Below are positions 18,801-25,629 of a stretch of DNA of 26,599 nucleotides, piece by piece. The translations under genes were made by a program, and so were the position numbers. The DNA is from a virus. Its lineage: Duplodnaviria; Caudoviricetes. The notes under the pieces were generated by a model. It did no database searches. It saw nothing but the letters and a program-made list of their open reading frames with translations, and had not been told where the DNA came from. The first letter of the stretch is position 1; every line of letters starts with the position of its first letter. The stretch covers positions 1 through 26,599 of IMG/VR virus record IMGVR_UViG_3300017766_004882; one strand, written 5' to 3'.

Positions 18801-20600
18801 TGAAAAATTTAAGGTAGAATATAAACCACTTGTGGCATCTTGATCTGAAACAGATATTACATCATATGAAAAAATAGGAACTGTTACGTCATATGAAGGT
18901 AAAGAATTAGATGCAACATACATATACTCATCATTTTCATTATATACATTTTGAATATTTGCAAATATATTATTATATTCAAAAGGAACTATGGATGTTT
19001 CTACCGGAACATTTTCAATTTTTCTTCTGATATCATATTCAAATGATGGGTTTACTGAAAAATTGTTGTCAACAGTTACAATTTTATTCGTAATGTTTGT
19101 AATTAATAAGTTAGATTCTTCTATACTATCTGTACTTCTTGATAATAAGTCAATACGATCCCCTACTTTTAATCCAGATTTATCAATATCATTCTTTAAA
19201 GTAAAAATATTCGCACTTTGGAAAGAATCTATTTGATATCTGGAACTAGTATTATAAATCCAACTATTTGCAAATATTTGTTTTTTTGATTTAGATATAG
19301 GATTTTCAATAACTTCCCCTATATCTCCAACAAATATCTTTTCACTGGCACTAAAAGGATATTTTTGCTCTGAAATAACAACATCAGAAAGCACTCCAGT
19401 TAGTCTTACTTCTACTAATTTAGTAAGATCTCCATTTTCATATCCATAATATGTTTCATCAGAATATAAAGTAGATGCTGTAGATATTCCAGAATTTATT
19501 CCAGAGCATCCAAAAAACTGATTTATACTTTTTTCAGTATAAGATATAATATTTTCTCCAACATATAACTTACCAGAAGGTGAAAATCCAATAGTTGAAT
19601 CTACAGTTATAACACTACTTCCTATACTAATCGCATCAATATTTTTAGTGCTTCCAGTAATATTAAAAGATCCTGTTATAGTTGGAAATGAATCGTCGTA
19701 CCCTACAAATAATTGAAGTTTATAATAAGTTTTATTTCCTCTCCTCAAAGTTTCTACTTCAGATACAGAAGCAGATGTAGTAGTATCTGTTTTTTTATAG
19801 ATGGTTTGCCCTTTAAGATTCGATGGATTGCCAGAAATTGCCTCTGCAATTAATACTTCTCTTCTAGAGTAATTAGATGAGGATGGTTTAATTAAAAAGT
19901 CTTCTAAATTTATAATCTTTGGCGTTTCGTTATATAAAATATTGAATAAAATTCTAAATGACTCTTCAGTGCCTTTTGTCTTATATAATGTATTAGCTTC
20001 CTTTATAAAATTACCAACATTTAGGTTTTCAACAAAATTTAAATTTTCTAATTCGGGAGTTAAACTATACTTTATTTTCTTATAAAATTCTTGTAAAAAT
20101 AGTACACTTAAATTTGTTACTATAGAAGCATTTACATGTGTAGATACACCAGATGTAGAAAATACTAAATTTTCTTGATTTAATTCTTCATGATAATCAG
20201 TAATTCCAGAAAATCCTCTAATACATCCTGTAAATGTATTTGTTGTTATTCCAGTATAGGTAATAATTTCATTATCAATTTTTATTAATCCATATGATTT
20301 TGGAAATCCTTTCGTTGATTCTACTGAAATTGTAGAATAGTTTACATCATTAGAATTATTTGATACACTATTCGTTAGAGTAGTTGATCCAACAACTACT
20401 TCAGGTATTAAATTATCAAGTTTTAAATACTGATCTAAATTTTCAACAATATCAATAGGACCACTTTGATATTCTTGAGAAATATAGTATTGTTTTAAAA
20501 AGTCTACAAACTTAGGACTTTCATCTAGTATAAATTCTGGTAAATGACTCCCAATAATTTGTTGTACTTTAACTCTAGATTCAAAACCATTGTCAACCAT
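9891..20600 (-). CDS. gp7: Baseplate wedge initiator gp7-like giant structural protein, 3569 aa
   Basis: N-terminal LPEFI....PKFVDFLKQYY and LYKTKGTEESFRILF motifs; internal DNDYYQSLSYSVKS...LLHISGLKNF; lies between gp6 and gp8; many repeated accessory modules. Confidence 0.85.
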   Translation of the reverse strand: MVDNGFESRVKVQQIIGSHLPEFILDESPKFVDFLKQYYISQEYQSGPIDIVENLDQYLKLDNLIPEVVVGSTTLTNSVSNNSNDVNYSTISVESTKGFPKSYGLIKIDNEIITYTGITTNTFTGCIRGFSGITDYHEELNQENLVFSTSGVSTHVNASIVTNLSVLFLQEFYKKIKYSLTPELENLNFVENLNVGNFIKEANTLYKTKGTEESFRILFNILYNETPKIINLEDFLIKPSSSNYSRREVLIAEAISGNPSNLKGQTIYKKTDTTTSASVSEVETLRRGNKTYYKLQLFVGYDDSFPTITGSFNITGSTKNIDAISIGSSVITVDSTIGFSPSGKLYVGENIISYTEKSINQFFGCSGINSGISTASTLYSDETYYGYENGDLTKLVEVRLTGVLSDVVISEQKYPFSASEKIFVGDIGEVIENPISKSKKQIFANSWIYNTSSRYQIDSFQSANIFTLKNDIDKSGLKVGDRIDLLSRSTDSIEESNLLITNITNKIVTVDNNFSVNPSFEYDIRRKIENVPVETSIVPFEYNNIFANIQNVYNENDEYMYVASNSLPSYDVTVPIFSYDVISVSDQDATSGLYSTLNFSEEVSFLTGSQIYYSPSESAIPGLSSGIYFAQVLNGKTKVKLYSSKFGIENSSNVYFGDLTAGTHKFILFSQKENIVSPQKILRKFPISPNLSEKNSNVTKIGKIGLLSNGVEILNYKSDHKVYYGPLKSVNVLNGGEDYDVINPPLITVNQGSALVQPIVRGSFKKVYVDPQEFDVDIVVSINLVGGNGSGASFEPVVERKRRDISFDARQLSSGGGVDVSNETITFETSHGLVDGQIISYDPINNIPLGIGSFGQSNANTQLSLKKDVDYVAKYVNDATIQLYPSISDYKSGINTVGFTTIGTSGIHRFYTLKNSLTGIKVINGGSGYENRKLIVSSVGVSTVNSTISFENHGFKQGDIVSYLNTGTSISGLSTSNQYYIHKIDENNFKLSDAGVGATITTNYERGKYVKFETTGSENHIFKYPDIVLDVSYSTSGIGSTQTKGSIVSTPIVTGEIVGTYVYDGGSNYGSTILNYHKKPSISIKNGRNAQLSPVIIDGKIISVSILFGGSEYYSTPEIEVIGDGIGAILRPIVEDNKITRVVIINSGYGYSTLNTKLVVKSSGKNAILDPQVRDLTVDNNLLYNATDGEIILSSKNNLQYLISSYSEKIQNIFGDDIDIYDDIFKHSPIIGWAYDGNPIYGSYGYEDPKDKDSQIIKLHSGYELNSGEVLNRPSTSIFSDGFFIQDYQFTNSGDLDEYNGRFCVTPEFPNGVYAYFATSKINDNDDNVPSFPYFVGNEYRSKFIEENQSLDQSFDFNNSNLVRNTFPYNINQGNDFIINPNQYSNPQTIVSAVESGKIDSFNIINPGKDYKVDDNLVVDEAGTGGGGLIANISEIFGKTIESIQTQTTEYENVLVTWKNNSQLSFIFNSPHYLNNLDRVNVAGLSTDISSANGIQKIGVTSFTSTLLSDISSSGIVTDVYVSQIPRSVSVGSSIKIDSEIFKLINIYDSDNVIRVSRGPGTYHTSSAIVEFLPNEFTIDKSVQYFDSSKNDIVYFNPSQSIGVGTTSGSQVNNTYTIGSKTINISVPTQTIFLPDHPFENNQKVTLYAPSPISVANTSGSASFNLPSSGNEQVVYVIKKSNSQIGIVTQIGLTTTTNGLYFINSGSNDFQYSFRTDYRQIFASIEKYDVQVSISTYHNLSSGDKVNLKVIPNLSVGIGTSNAVKIKYDTTFEKLVANPINFSSSGINTSNSQITINNHGFKTGDKLIYNSTNIASGLSTGIYYALTINSDTIKLCETLKDSINKDPLTINISNAPVATHTLSLVNPSLSPITGNNLVFDLSDISLNGYNFKIFYDEKFRSEFVSTSSTSEFSVNKTGLPGSANASLEIVYNNDITYPLYYTIEKDGSIIEPDTEVNNYSKINFINSAYDGTYEIESTTPTTFLVSLFNSPEKNSYQKSDCSTLEYSTASSSASGGIKGIRIVSSGSNYKFMPVVTKVNSLNGTDAYIIPQSKVSGNLKGIEIIDGGFEYPSDKTLRPSTLLSRSISIKNSYTVSNISVLDGGKNFTTAPNIIIFDPETGNQINSGALVANLSGSSIVSVSIEQEPRILSTSNVDLRTINNSNGIQIDSISGISSGTVSCTIRTPLSGVFQLGEPFSVGDEIFVEGIQREGSSGDGFNSEDYGYKFFKVENYLYTIPRQLTFSGVSTNPGIAKSDLEYNGIMVNYKNYPKFSVEKLFSDFINGESLEVNSGFGFFAQDLKILESNENYIKVTGRYDLKIGDIIRGIQSGTTGTISDIEKSSGYFIVNYSDFKNIGWKDNVGKLSDDTQVIADNDYYQSLSYSVKSTKQWSEIVSPVNNLLHISGLKNFSDTEIVSSVKVGIATNVVGTENNTSIVYKFVNENRVDTINNYDLVNDVDVVSNVSNFLKFENRKLAGYIESKTNRVLEIDDISFEFNSQEDISEGFELNYQGTPIFAKTFNPSDSSVVNFSTGNFSIVNHFFSTGEELYYNPNGSPVGIGSTLNNVGVVTNRLPSTVYAIKIDNDNFKIATRREYATATPAIGVTFTSVGSGTSHQFEMVNRNNKSIININEVIQYPIAYSLVNHNLAGYSVGSSTTIFVLSGISSVFPDDILKIDDEYVDVLNVGFGTTSSGPISFAGTFPLVNVKRGFVGSSSTSHSGLSTAYLYRGSYNITNNKIFFTDSLKSTLGVSSFFEESNILPYVADFNGRVFLRKNYLNNKIFDNFSDQFTGIGQTFKITVGGANTVGLGTTSAGNGIIFINGIFQTPTTENNSLDIGTNYSVIEDTNVGVSSIVFTGVKFPNGNQAIVNYDVNVNQLPRGGIIISLGSTPGLGYAPLVGASVTAVIGAGGSITSIGIGTSGNWGSGYRGNVSIAVTQSGHSGTAATITALVGAGGSLSFSIVGGGTNYTNPTINIPSPSYSNLPIIGVSRVSVGQTTESGIGLLLDIEVGASSTTGIGSTLFEVKNFNISRNGYAFKKGDVIKAVGLVTDKNLSSPVYDFQLTILETFTDNFAGWQFGQLDYIDSVKPYQDGSRKRFPLFYNNNLISFSKNNSDPDSLLIDYNSLLVIFINGILQQPGVAYEFKGGTSFTFTEAPKEQDKISIFFYRGSPEDSIIVEAVESIKPGDIIQVFSNNDYLGITTTQNPRTVFEISAADKIETNLYNLQGIDINQEKPISWTKQKVDRIIGGNFVSKSRDSLETQVYPTAKIIRSFSSDADEIFVDNAEFFNYESEANIDFDALIVSGRENTVSSRIGVNVEVDGSLSFTIINGGSGYTPSSSVPLSISKPVAPVAPVGVGITASATAIISSSGEVSSISVSEVGSGYSTNFPPQVLVPPPSIVVDKINTVSSVIGFSGQITGIQTASGIGTNLAIRFTLQSPLGFSGLTTGYPIYIFNTKVGNGATSIINSNNNVVGVGTTFLDNIYYINAFSASSGIITCNVHSSSPVIGIATTGSYLGNFSWGRLSGFSRSSSPISIGVSQYTVDVGLTTFPTIQRRGYGLRSTGALVKTLQ
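10544..10569. repeat. Perfect 9-nt in-frame tandem repeat (CAACAGGCG x2.9) in gp7
   Basis: caacaggcg caacaggcg caacaggc; encodes PVAPVAPV on the minus strand. Confidence 0.9.
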
Positions 20601-20603
20601 TTA

Positions 20604-22526
20604 TTATAACCTCGTTAAGCGTCCGTTTGAATAACTTGATCTGTAATAATTATTTGTTGCGAAGATAACTCCAGAAGAATCATCTCCAGAAGTAATCACA
20701 TCTTTAATCATATTTATAGAGCTCTTAGAGATGTCAAATGAGAGATAAAGATCTTTAAGTCCTATAACATCGTTTGATTCTGGAATTGCCTGTATCTCAA
20801 TAATATCATTTGGCAAATCTGTAGATGTGATTAGTAAAGAACCTAATAAAATTTCACCTGTTTCATAATTTACAGTTCCAGCAGATTGAATTGCAACAGG
20901 AGTTTTTAAAACTTGTTGTTCTGTAGAATAAGTTGGTATATCTTTAATTACAGAAATAACCCCTGTTTTTAAGTCTGAATTTGGAGTATCTGTTAGATAA
21001 ACTGTTTCAGTTTCTCCAAAAATAGTAAAACCTGTGGACTTAATATTTTTTCCTTCAAAATTTACATGGAATTTATTTCCATAACAAATCTCATATTGGG
21101 ATAATTTATTAATTAAAGCTTTCAAATCTCTACGAATTATAACTTTTGTTATATTTGATGTAATAGAAGTATCCGTATTATCAATTGTTTGAAGCACTTT
21201 ACTATATTTGAATCTTCCACCAAAAGAATTTAAGTTAGTTGATTTGGAGTAACTATTTAAAGAGTTGACAATTTTAGTTCTAAGATCATTTACATTTGAT
21301 ACCTGTGAGTAATCATAATAAATTGATGAGTCAATCTCAACATACAAAATTTTCAGATCTATAATTTCAGGACTAATTCCAGCAACAACATATTGCTTTA
21401 ATTTATTTTTTATAGACTGCTTATTAAAGTCTGATACAAAATTACCATCGGTTGGTTTTATACTGATGAATACTCTACCAAACTGAGGAGGACTTAATTC
21501 CTCTCCACCAACCACAGATATCGATTCTGCTTCAGGATAGATCTGTGTTTTAATTAAAGACTCGTAATCTCTTGGTGTTACAGCTCTGTATTGAGATGAA
21601 TACAGTCTAGGTGCATATGCTTTAATTGAATCTATAGTTTCAATATCAGATCCACCCTGAGATCCTTGAATTGTAGTTACTGTAATACTGTTTGTGGGAA
21701 GTATTGAATTATCTGAGTCTCTAAGTGTTCCTGAAAAAGAAAAATTCTTTACATTGTTGCCAGATTTCCCATCAGTTGTAATATAAGTAACTGTAATTAC
21801 GGCATTATTTTCAAGTTTTTTCCCGAAAATGCCATCACCGAACAAAATTTCATATTTTTCATCTTTTACTTCCTGAAGAAGATATATTTCTGAGTTAGAA
21901 TTAATATTAAAAATATTTTCTGCAAGTTGATATTGTCTACCAATCCCAGTATCACTTATATTTTTTACATATACTCTTATTGTTGAAGAATCAATGAAAG
22001 AATTATTCAAAATAAATCTTTGATCTAAAGATCCATCTACAGTAAATTCTTTTTTGAGAAATGTTCCCTCTTTAATTTCAATCGAATTGAACGTAGACAA
22101 TCCATTTTTTACCGTATTTGAAATATTTTCTGGTATTGAAAATACATATGAGGATCCTCCCTGAGATCCAACACAAACAAGTCCAGATTGAAGAGTAATT
22201 GTCGTATCATTATACTCTGGATCTACAGAAACTGAAAGAGAAATTACAGATGACGCTGCAGTTCTAGATCTAGGAACATATCCAATATTTCTTGCCAATG
22301 AAACAACATTTTCTCTTACTGTTGCAGAATCAAGAAATGATTCATTTACAGATAAGTTGGCATTAAATGCCGTAATATAAGTATTATAAGCTAAGGTGTC
22401 AATTAAAACTGAAAAATTAGATCCCTCAAAGTCAAAATCTGTAAAGTTAGAATTTGCTCGAAGGTAATCTTTAATCGAAGTTTTAATTTGATCAAAATCT
22501 AAATTAGAAAACTTAGTGAAAGGCAT
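20604..22526 (-). CDS. gp6: Baseplate wedge subunit gp6, 640 aa
   Basis: LDFDQIK..., FTDFDFEGSNFSVLIDTLAYNT, ESFLDSATVRENVVSLARNIGYVPRS, YEILFGDGIFGK, QYRAVTPRDYE motifs. Confidence 0.95.
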   Translation of the reverse strand: MPFTKFSNLDFDQIKTSIKDYLRANSNFTDFDFEGSNFSVLIDTLAYNTYITAFNANLSVNESFLDSATVRENVVSLARNIGYVPRSRTAASSVISLSVSVDPEYNDTTITLQSGLVCVGSQGGSSYVFSIPENISNTVKNGLSTFNSIEIKEGTFLKKEFTVDGSLDQRFILNNSFIDSSTIRVYVKNISDTGIGRQYQLAENIFNINSNSEIYLLQEVKDEKYEILFGDGIFGKKLENNAVITVTYITTDGKSGNNVKNFSFSGTLRDSDNSILPTNSITVTTIQGSQGGSDIETIDSIKAYAPRLYSSQYRAVTPRDYESLIKTQIYPEAESISVVGGEELSPPQFGRVFISIKPTDGNFVSDFNKQSIKNKLKQYVVAGISPEIIDLKILYVEIDSSIYYDYSQVSNVNDLRTKIVNSLNSYSKSTNLNSFGGRFKYSKVLQTIDNTDTSITSNITKVIIRRDLKALINKLSQYEICYGNKFHVNFEGKNIKSTGFTIFGETETVYLTDTPNSDLKTGVISVIKDIPTYSTEQQVLKTPVAIQSAGTVNYETGEILLGSLLITSTDLPNDIIEIQAIPESNDVIGLKDLYLSFDISKSSINMIKDVITSGDDSSGVIFATNNYYRSSYSNGRLTRL

Positions 22527-22527
22527 T

Positions 22528-22929
22528 TTATCTCGTTGCCTCTAAAATGAAAGAAAATTGTTGTGTTGGAACTTCTTGCCCGATGATATCAAAAATGACT
22601 GTAACTTCAAATTCATTTGTATCAGGTTGAGGATCTACCTCAACCTGAACATCAGATACTCTAGGCTCATAATTAGAAATTACATTTATTATTTGATCTT
22701 TAATCACTGATGCAGTACCAAAGTCAACAAATTCAAATAGTGATGAACGAACATTTGAACCCAAAAGAGGGTTAAAGAATCGTTCATTTGGTATTGTTTG
22801 TACTAAATTTCTTATTGATCGTATAATTGCATTTTGATTCGTCAAAGAAGGCAAATCTTTAGTGATAGGATGAGGTTCAAATGATAAACTAATATCTTTA
22901 AATGCTCTTGATATCCTTTTGACTGCCAT
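22528..22929 (-). CDS. gp25: Baseplate wedge subunit gp25 (GPW/gp25 family), 133 aa
   Basis: AIIRSIRNLVQTIPNERFFNPLLGS...LFE...I..YEPRV motif; directly upstream of gp6. Confidence 0.93.
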   Translation of the reverse strand: MAVKRISRAFKDISLSFEPHPITKDLPSLTNQNAIIRSIRNLVQTIPNERFFNPLLGSNVRSSLFEFVDFGTASVIKDQIINVISNYEPRVSDVQVEVDPQPDTNEFEVTVIFDIIGQEVPTQQFSFILEATR

Positions 22930-22950
22930 TTGAAATAAAATTTCTTTACT

Positions 22951-22958
22951 TATTTATG
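22951..22958 (-). promoter_or_regulatory. T4-type late promoter variant CATAAATA
   Basis: 7/8 match to TATAAATA, 22 nt upstream of the gp25 ATG, overlapping the upstream stop codon. Confidence 0.7.
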
Positions 22959-23202
22959 ATGATTTATGGTAAAATCCATAACTTGGTTCTGTTCCATATT
23001 CCCAATCATCATAATCTGCATCATTACGAATTTTTTCGTGCAGTTCATGTTGTTTTTTGAAATCATGCTTGGGGGCAATATCGTGCATAATTTCTTGAAT
23101 GACTCTTTTTTGTGGGTCTGGTTGATAATCCGTGATTAACTTATTAGTACCCCACATTGAGTACATATATTCTTTATCTCTGTCTGCAGGTAAATTAGAC
23201 AT
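22954..23202 (-). CDS. Conserved hypothetical phage protein, 82 aa
   Basis: ORF with AGGAG Shine-Dalgarno (23208-23212); acidic/aromatic C-terminus DYDDWEYGTEP. Confidence 0.8.
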   Translation of the reverse strand: MSNLPADRDKEYMYSMWGTNKLITDYQPDPQKRVIQEIMHDIAPKHDFKKQHELHEKIRNDADYDDWEYGTEPSYGFYHKSS

Positions 23203-23206
23203 TTTA

Positions 23207-23261
23207 GCTCCTGTTTTAATGAATAAAACAGAACTTTTATAAAGGAGGTTGCTATCTCCCT
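23207..23261 (-). promoter_or_regulatory. Structured 5' leader (two hairpins, possible pseudoknot) overlapping the SD of the 82-aa gene
   Basis: Minus-strand stem AGGGAG/CUCCUU (23261-23256 with 23247-23242) and perfect 8-bp stem CUGUUUUA/UAAAACAG (23231-23224 with 23218-23211) whose 3' arm runs into AGGAG. Confidence 0.6.
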
Positions 23262-23266
23262 ACTTC

Positions 23267-23274
23267 TATTTAAC
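23267..23274 (-). promoter_or_regulatory. Possible late promoter variant GTTAAATA
   Basis: TAAATA core intact, overlaps speD stop; would start transcription right at the structured leader. Confidence 0.5.
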
Positions 23275-23611
23275 GATTAATTTCTTTGAGTGAATAATTA
23301 TCAGAATTTAGGTATTTTAGCAACTCAATTGCGATTATTTTTGGATTTTTGTCTCCACAAGTATAGACATCTATTGCAATACATCCCTGTTCGGGCCAAG
23401 TATGACAAGAAACATGACTTTCCGCTAGGGCAATCACGATTGTACATCCCTGAGGAAGAAAACAATGGGAAAAAACATTCAAGATTGTCATATTTGCACG
23501 ATTAATGCCCTTCTCCATTGTTTTTTGGAGAGATATTATATCATTTAATAGATCAAATTTGACATCATATACCTCCAAAAGGAGATGAATTCCCATTGAA
23601 AACTGTTCCAA
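23270..23611 (-). CDS. speD: S-adenosylmethionine decarboxylase proenzyme-like (pyruvoyl-dependent, short class 1B type)
   Basis: GIHLLLE, F.PQG.T, LAESHVSCHTWPE (E/SH self-cleavage site) and DVYTCG motifs. Start chosen at TTG 23611 (alternative ATG 23596), downstream of the promoter at 23632. Confidence 0.9.
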   Translation of the reverse strand: MEQFSMGIHLLLEVYDVKFDLLNDIISLQKTMEKGINRANMTILNVFSHCFLPQGCTIVIALAESHVSCHTWPEQGCIAIDVYTCGDKNPKIIAIELLKYLNSDNYSLKEINR

Positions 23612-23631
23612 GTCAATTTTTAGTAAAAAAG

Positions 23632-23639
23632 TATTTATT
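23632..23639 (-). promoter_or_regulatory. T4-type late promoter variant AATAAATA
   Basis: 7/8 match, intergenic, 21 nt upstream of the proposed speD start. Confidence 0.6.
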
Positions 23640-24287
23640 TCACCTTTCTTCTGGGGTTGTCCAGAAATAATCACTACAATCACCCAATCGTCCCCACTTG
23701 ATTCCATTTTCAACCTGATAAAGATTAGTTGAAACCTTAAAATTAGGAGTTTTTACCTCTTGAGGCGTCATGGAAATGTCATAAATCCGACAACGATTGT
23801 TTGGATAGATGGCAAACTGACCGTTTTCAAGCTCAATCAAGTTAAATGACTTATGTTCATCAGGTAGTTCACTTGTGGCACAATCAATTTCATCAACAGA
23901 CTCGTGATAATTATCAATTGTTGTAATGTAAGATCCTTTAATCGATCCAAAGTGGCGAGTACGAACTTCCCATTCCATCGATGCGACGATACTTTTGCAG
24001 ATTGTGGTCACACCATAGTCCATACAATTCCAAAACTGTAGATTTGGAAGGTCCAAATCTGGATCTGGAGTTTCTGGTTTGGAAACAAATGCACTAATCG
24101 GCAGTTTATCGTACATTGCCGCGTATTCTGGCAAATAAGTCTCAAAATAAAAAGCACGTCCAGGTATGCTTTTAGCACATACCCAGACGCCCTCTACGAA
24201 TTCACCATATCCATCCTTAAAATCGCATAGGTATTCTTTACGAACCCATACCTTTACTGTTGGTAAATTGGTGATCAGACAACTCAT
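23640..24287 (-). CDS. Conserved hypothetical phage protein, 215 aa
   Basis: Long ORF coupled to the upstream gene (TAATG); motifs VWVRKEYL, YDKLPISAF, LQFWNC, EHKSFN, NGQFAIYPNNR recalled from aquatic phages; function unknown. Confidence 0.85.
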   Translation of the reverse strand: MSCLITNLPTVKVWVRKEYLCDFKDGYGEFVEGVWVCAKSIPGRAFYFETYLPEYAAMYDKLPISAFVSKPETPDPDLDLPNLQFWNCMDYGVTTICKSIVASMEWEVRTRHFGSIKGSYITTIDNYHESVDEIDCATSELPDEHKSFNLIELENGQFAIYPNNRCRIYDISMTPQEVKTPNFKVSTNLYQVENGIKWGRLGDCSDYFWTTPEER

Positions 24288-24439
24288 TACCCCTTACCTT
24301 GCCCCCTATACTTCTTACGTGCTCCATTACGAGAAGACGCAGCATACTTAGTGCCACCTCCATCTCCCTGACGAGATTTCTTAGGCGGACCCGGAATATA
24401 AGAGGTCTTATTCAGCCCTACTTTTGATTTGACAGCCAT
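24287..24439 (-). CDS. Small basic Gly/Lys/Arg-rich protein ending KKYRGQGKG, 50 aa
   Basis: Start revised to ATG at 24439, which has GGAG at 24447-24450. MAVKSKVGLNKTSYIPGPPKKSRQGDGGGTKYAASSRNGARKKYRGQGKG. Confidence 0.8.
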   Translation of the reverse strand: MAVKSKVGLNKTSYIPGPPKKSRQGDGGGTKYAASSRNGARKKYRGQGKG

Positions 24440-24605
24440 TTGTACTCTCCAATAAAATTTCAGTTTCAAGTTCTTGAGGATTTGGAGAACCTGTCTGATA
24501 ATATTCAATCGACAGGTCTTCCATTAAATCAAAATATTCTTCTTCTGTGAGATTTGAATAAATTCTTCTTCCTCTACACAGAATATTATAGCGTTCGTTA
24601 GACAT
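24408..24605 (-). CDS. Conserved hypothetical protein, 65 aa
   Basis: ATG 4 nt after the upstream stop; acidic core LTEEEYFDLMEDLSIEYYQTG; overlaps the next gene by 32 nt. Confidence 0.75.
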   Translation of the reverse strand: MSNERYNILCRGRRIYSNLTEEEYFDLMEDLSIEYYQTGSPNPQELETEILLESTNGCQIKSRAE

Positions 24606-24609
24606 TCAA

Positions 24610-25365
24610 TCAAATCACTCTTGTCTTTTCGTGACCGACTCTAATGCGAGGATCGCACCAAATTTCAAATCCTGCTTCCTTTGCATCCAAACAGAATGAT
24701 ACGTCTTCTCCACACATATCCTGAACTGATCCAGATTCAAAGACTTGCATCTTTGGTGCAAACCAAGGATACTTCATTTCCGAATTTTCAAAGACACCAT
24801 GCTTAATCAGAACCCATCCAAATCCAGTGTAATCAACTGTAAAGGGCTTCCGACGCTTTGAGATACTTTCAACTGTTTCATGATTCATGACACCACCATT
24901 GCCACGAAAATCTTCTTCATCTAACCAGTGTGCAACTGAGGTCGTATGCCCATCTTCGGTGGCGTACCAACCAGCAGCAATGTCTCTATTCATTAAGACA
25001 AGTTGCCAAAACTTTTCGGTGTTGAAGACAATATCGGAATCGATCCATAGTTGCCAATCGTAATTCAGTTTTCCATCCCAAGGAAGTTGATCAGGTCCTC
25101 GCAGTACATTCGCACCTAAACATTTGCATCTTGCAAAGTTTACCATTGATGAATAGTCCTGCGAAATCTGAATACTTGCTCCGGCCTGAACTAAATCAAA
25201 ACAAAGTTGTACGAAACTTTTAAGATAGGTGTAAGAAACACCTCTTCCAGGAAGGCAAAATACAATTGATTTACCTTTTACCATTTCTCTTGCCAGATTA
25301 TAGTCCCATTCTTGTTGCTGAGACTGAACTGGTGGGTTTGCTTTTACTGTAAATCCTTTAGCCAT
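24610..25365 (-). CDS. Glycosyltransferase-like protein (GT-A / family 2-like), 251 aa
   Basis: N-terminal strand IVFCLPG, AR motif, DxD in YDWQLWIDSDIVF, VDYTGFGWVLI, GEDVSFC and C-terminal VGH: the GT-A motif series. Confidence 0.75.
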   Translation of the reverse strand: MAKGFTVKANPPVQSQQQEWDYNLAREMVKGKSIVFCLPGRGVSYTYLKSFVQLCFDLVQAGASIQISQDYSSMVNFARCKCLGANVLRGPDQLPWDGKLNYDWQLWIDSDIVFNTEKFWQLVLMNRDIAAGWYATEDGHTTSVAHWLDEEDFRGNGGVMNHETVESISKRRKPFTVDYTGFGWVLIKHGVFENSEMKYPWFAPKMQVFESGSVQDMCGEDVSFCLDAKEAGFEIWCDPRIRVGHEKTRVI

Positions 25366-25387
25366 AATCGTGATGAATTGTTTTCAT

Positions 25388-25416
25388 ATCATACAGTATT
25401 ATCTATACAATGTCAA
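25388..25416 (-). promoter_or_regulatory. Sigma70-type (early/host-like) promoter
   Basis: TTGACA (25416-25411), 17-nt spacer, TATGAT (25393-25388); 23 nt upstream of the glycosyltransferase ATG. Confidence 0.8.
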
Positions 25417-25586
25417 TTACTTCTTTCTGAAAGAACGACCTCATCTCCTTCGATTTTAAAACAGATCTCAGTGTCTTCATACCAGGAAAGTTCGTTAATA
25501 ATTGACTCTGGCATTGTCAAATAATATTGCCCTGTAATTGGATCGACTTGTAGGGACTCAAAAATTTCTCCGAATTTTTTTTGCAT
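25413..25586 (-). CDS. AbrB/MazE/SpoVT-like small DNA-binding protein, 57 aa
   Basis: Below the ORF track cutoff. MQKKFGEIFESLQVDPITGQYYLTMPESIINELSWYEDTEICFKIEGDEVVLSERSN*; L.hP..h...L.W..dt.h.f.hegd.hhl matches the swapped-hairpin pattern. Confidence 0.7.
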   Translation of the reverse strand: MQKKFGEIFESLQVDPITGQYYLTMPESIINELSWYEDTEICFKIEGDEVVLSERSN

Positions 25587-25629
25587 TTTTTGTATTTTAT
25601 TTTTCCTTTTTCAATTTTATATATTAAAA

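Noticed and set aside
946-20600. Inteins or introns explaining the giant ORFs
   Set aside because: Frames are uninterrupted and I saw no intein splice or LAGLIDADG motifs; repeated modules account for the length.
23612-23713. N-terminal extension of speD in the ORF track
   Set aside because: Overlaps the upstream gene and spans the late promoter; the family match starts near MGIHLL.
24440-24508. N-terminal extension of the small basic protein
   Set aside because: Lies inside the 65-aa gene; the ATG at 24439 has a proper SD.
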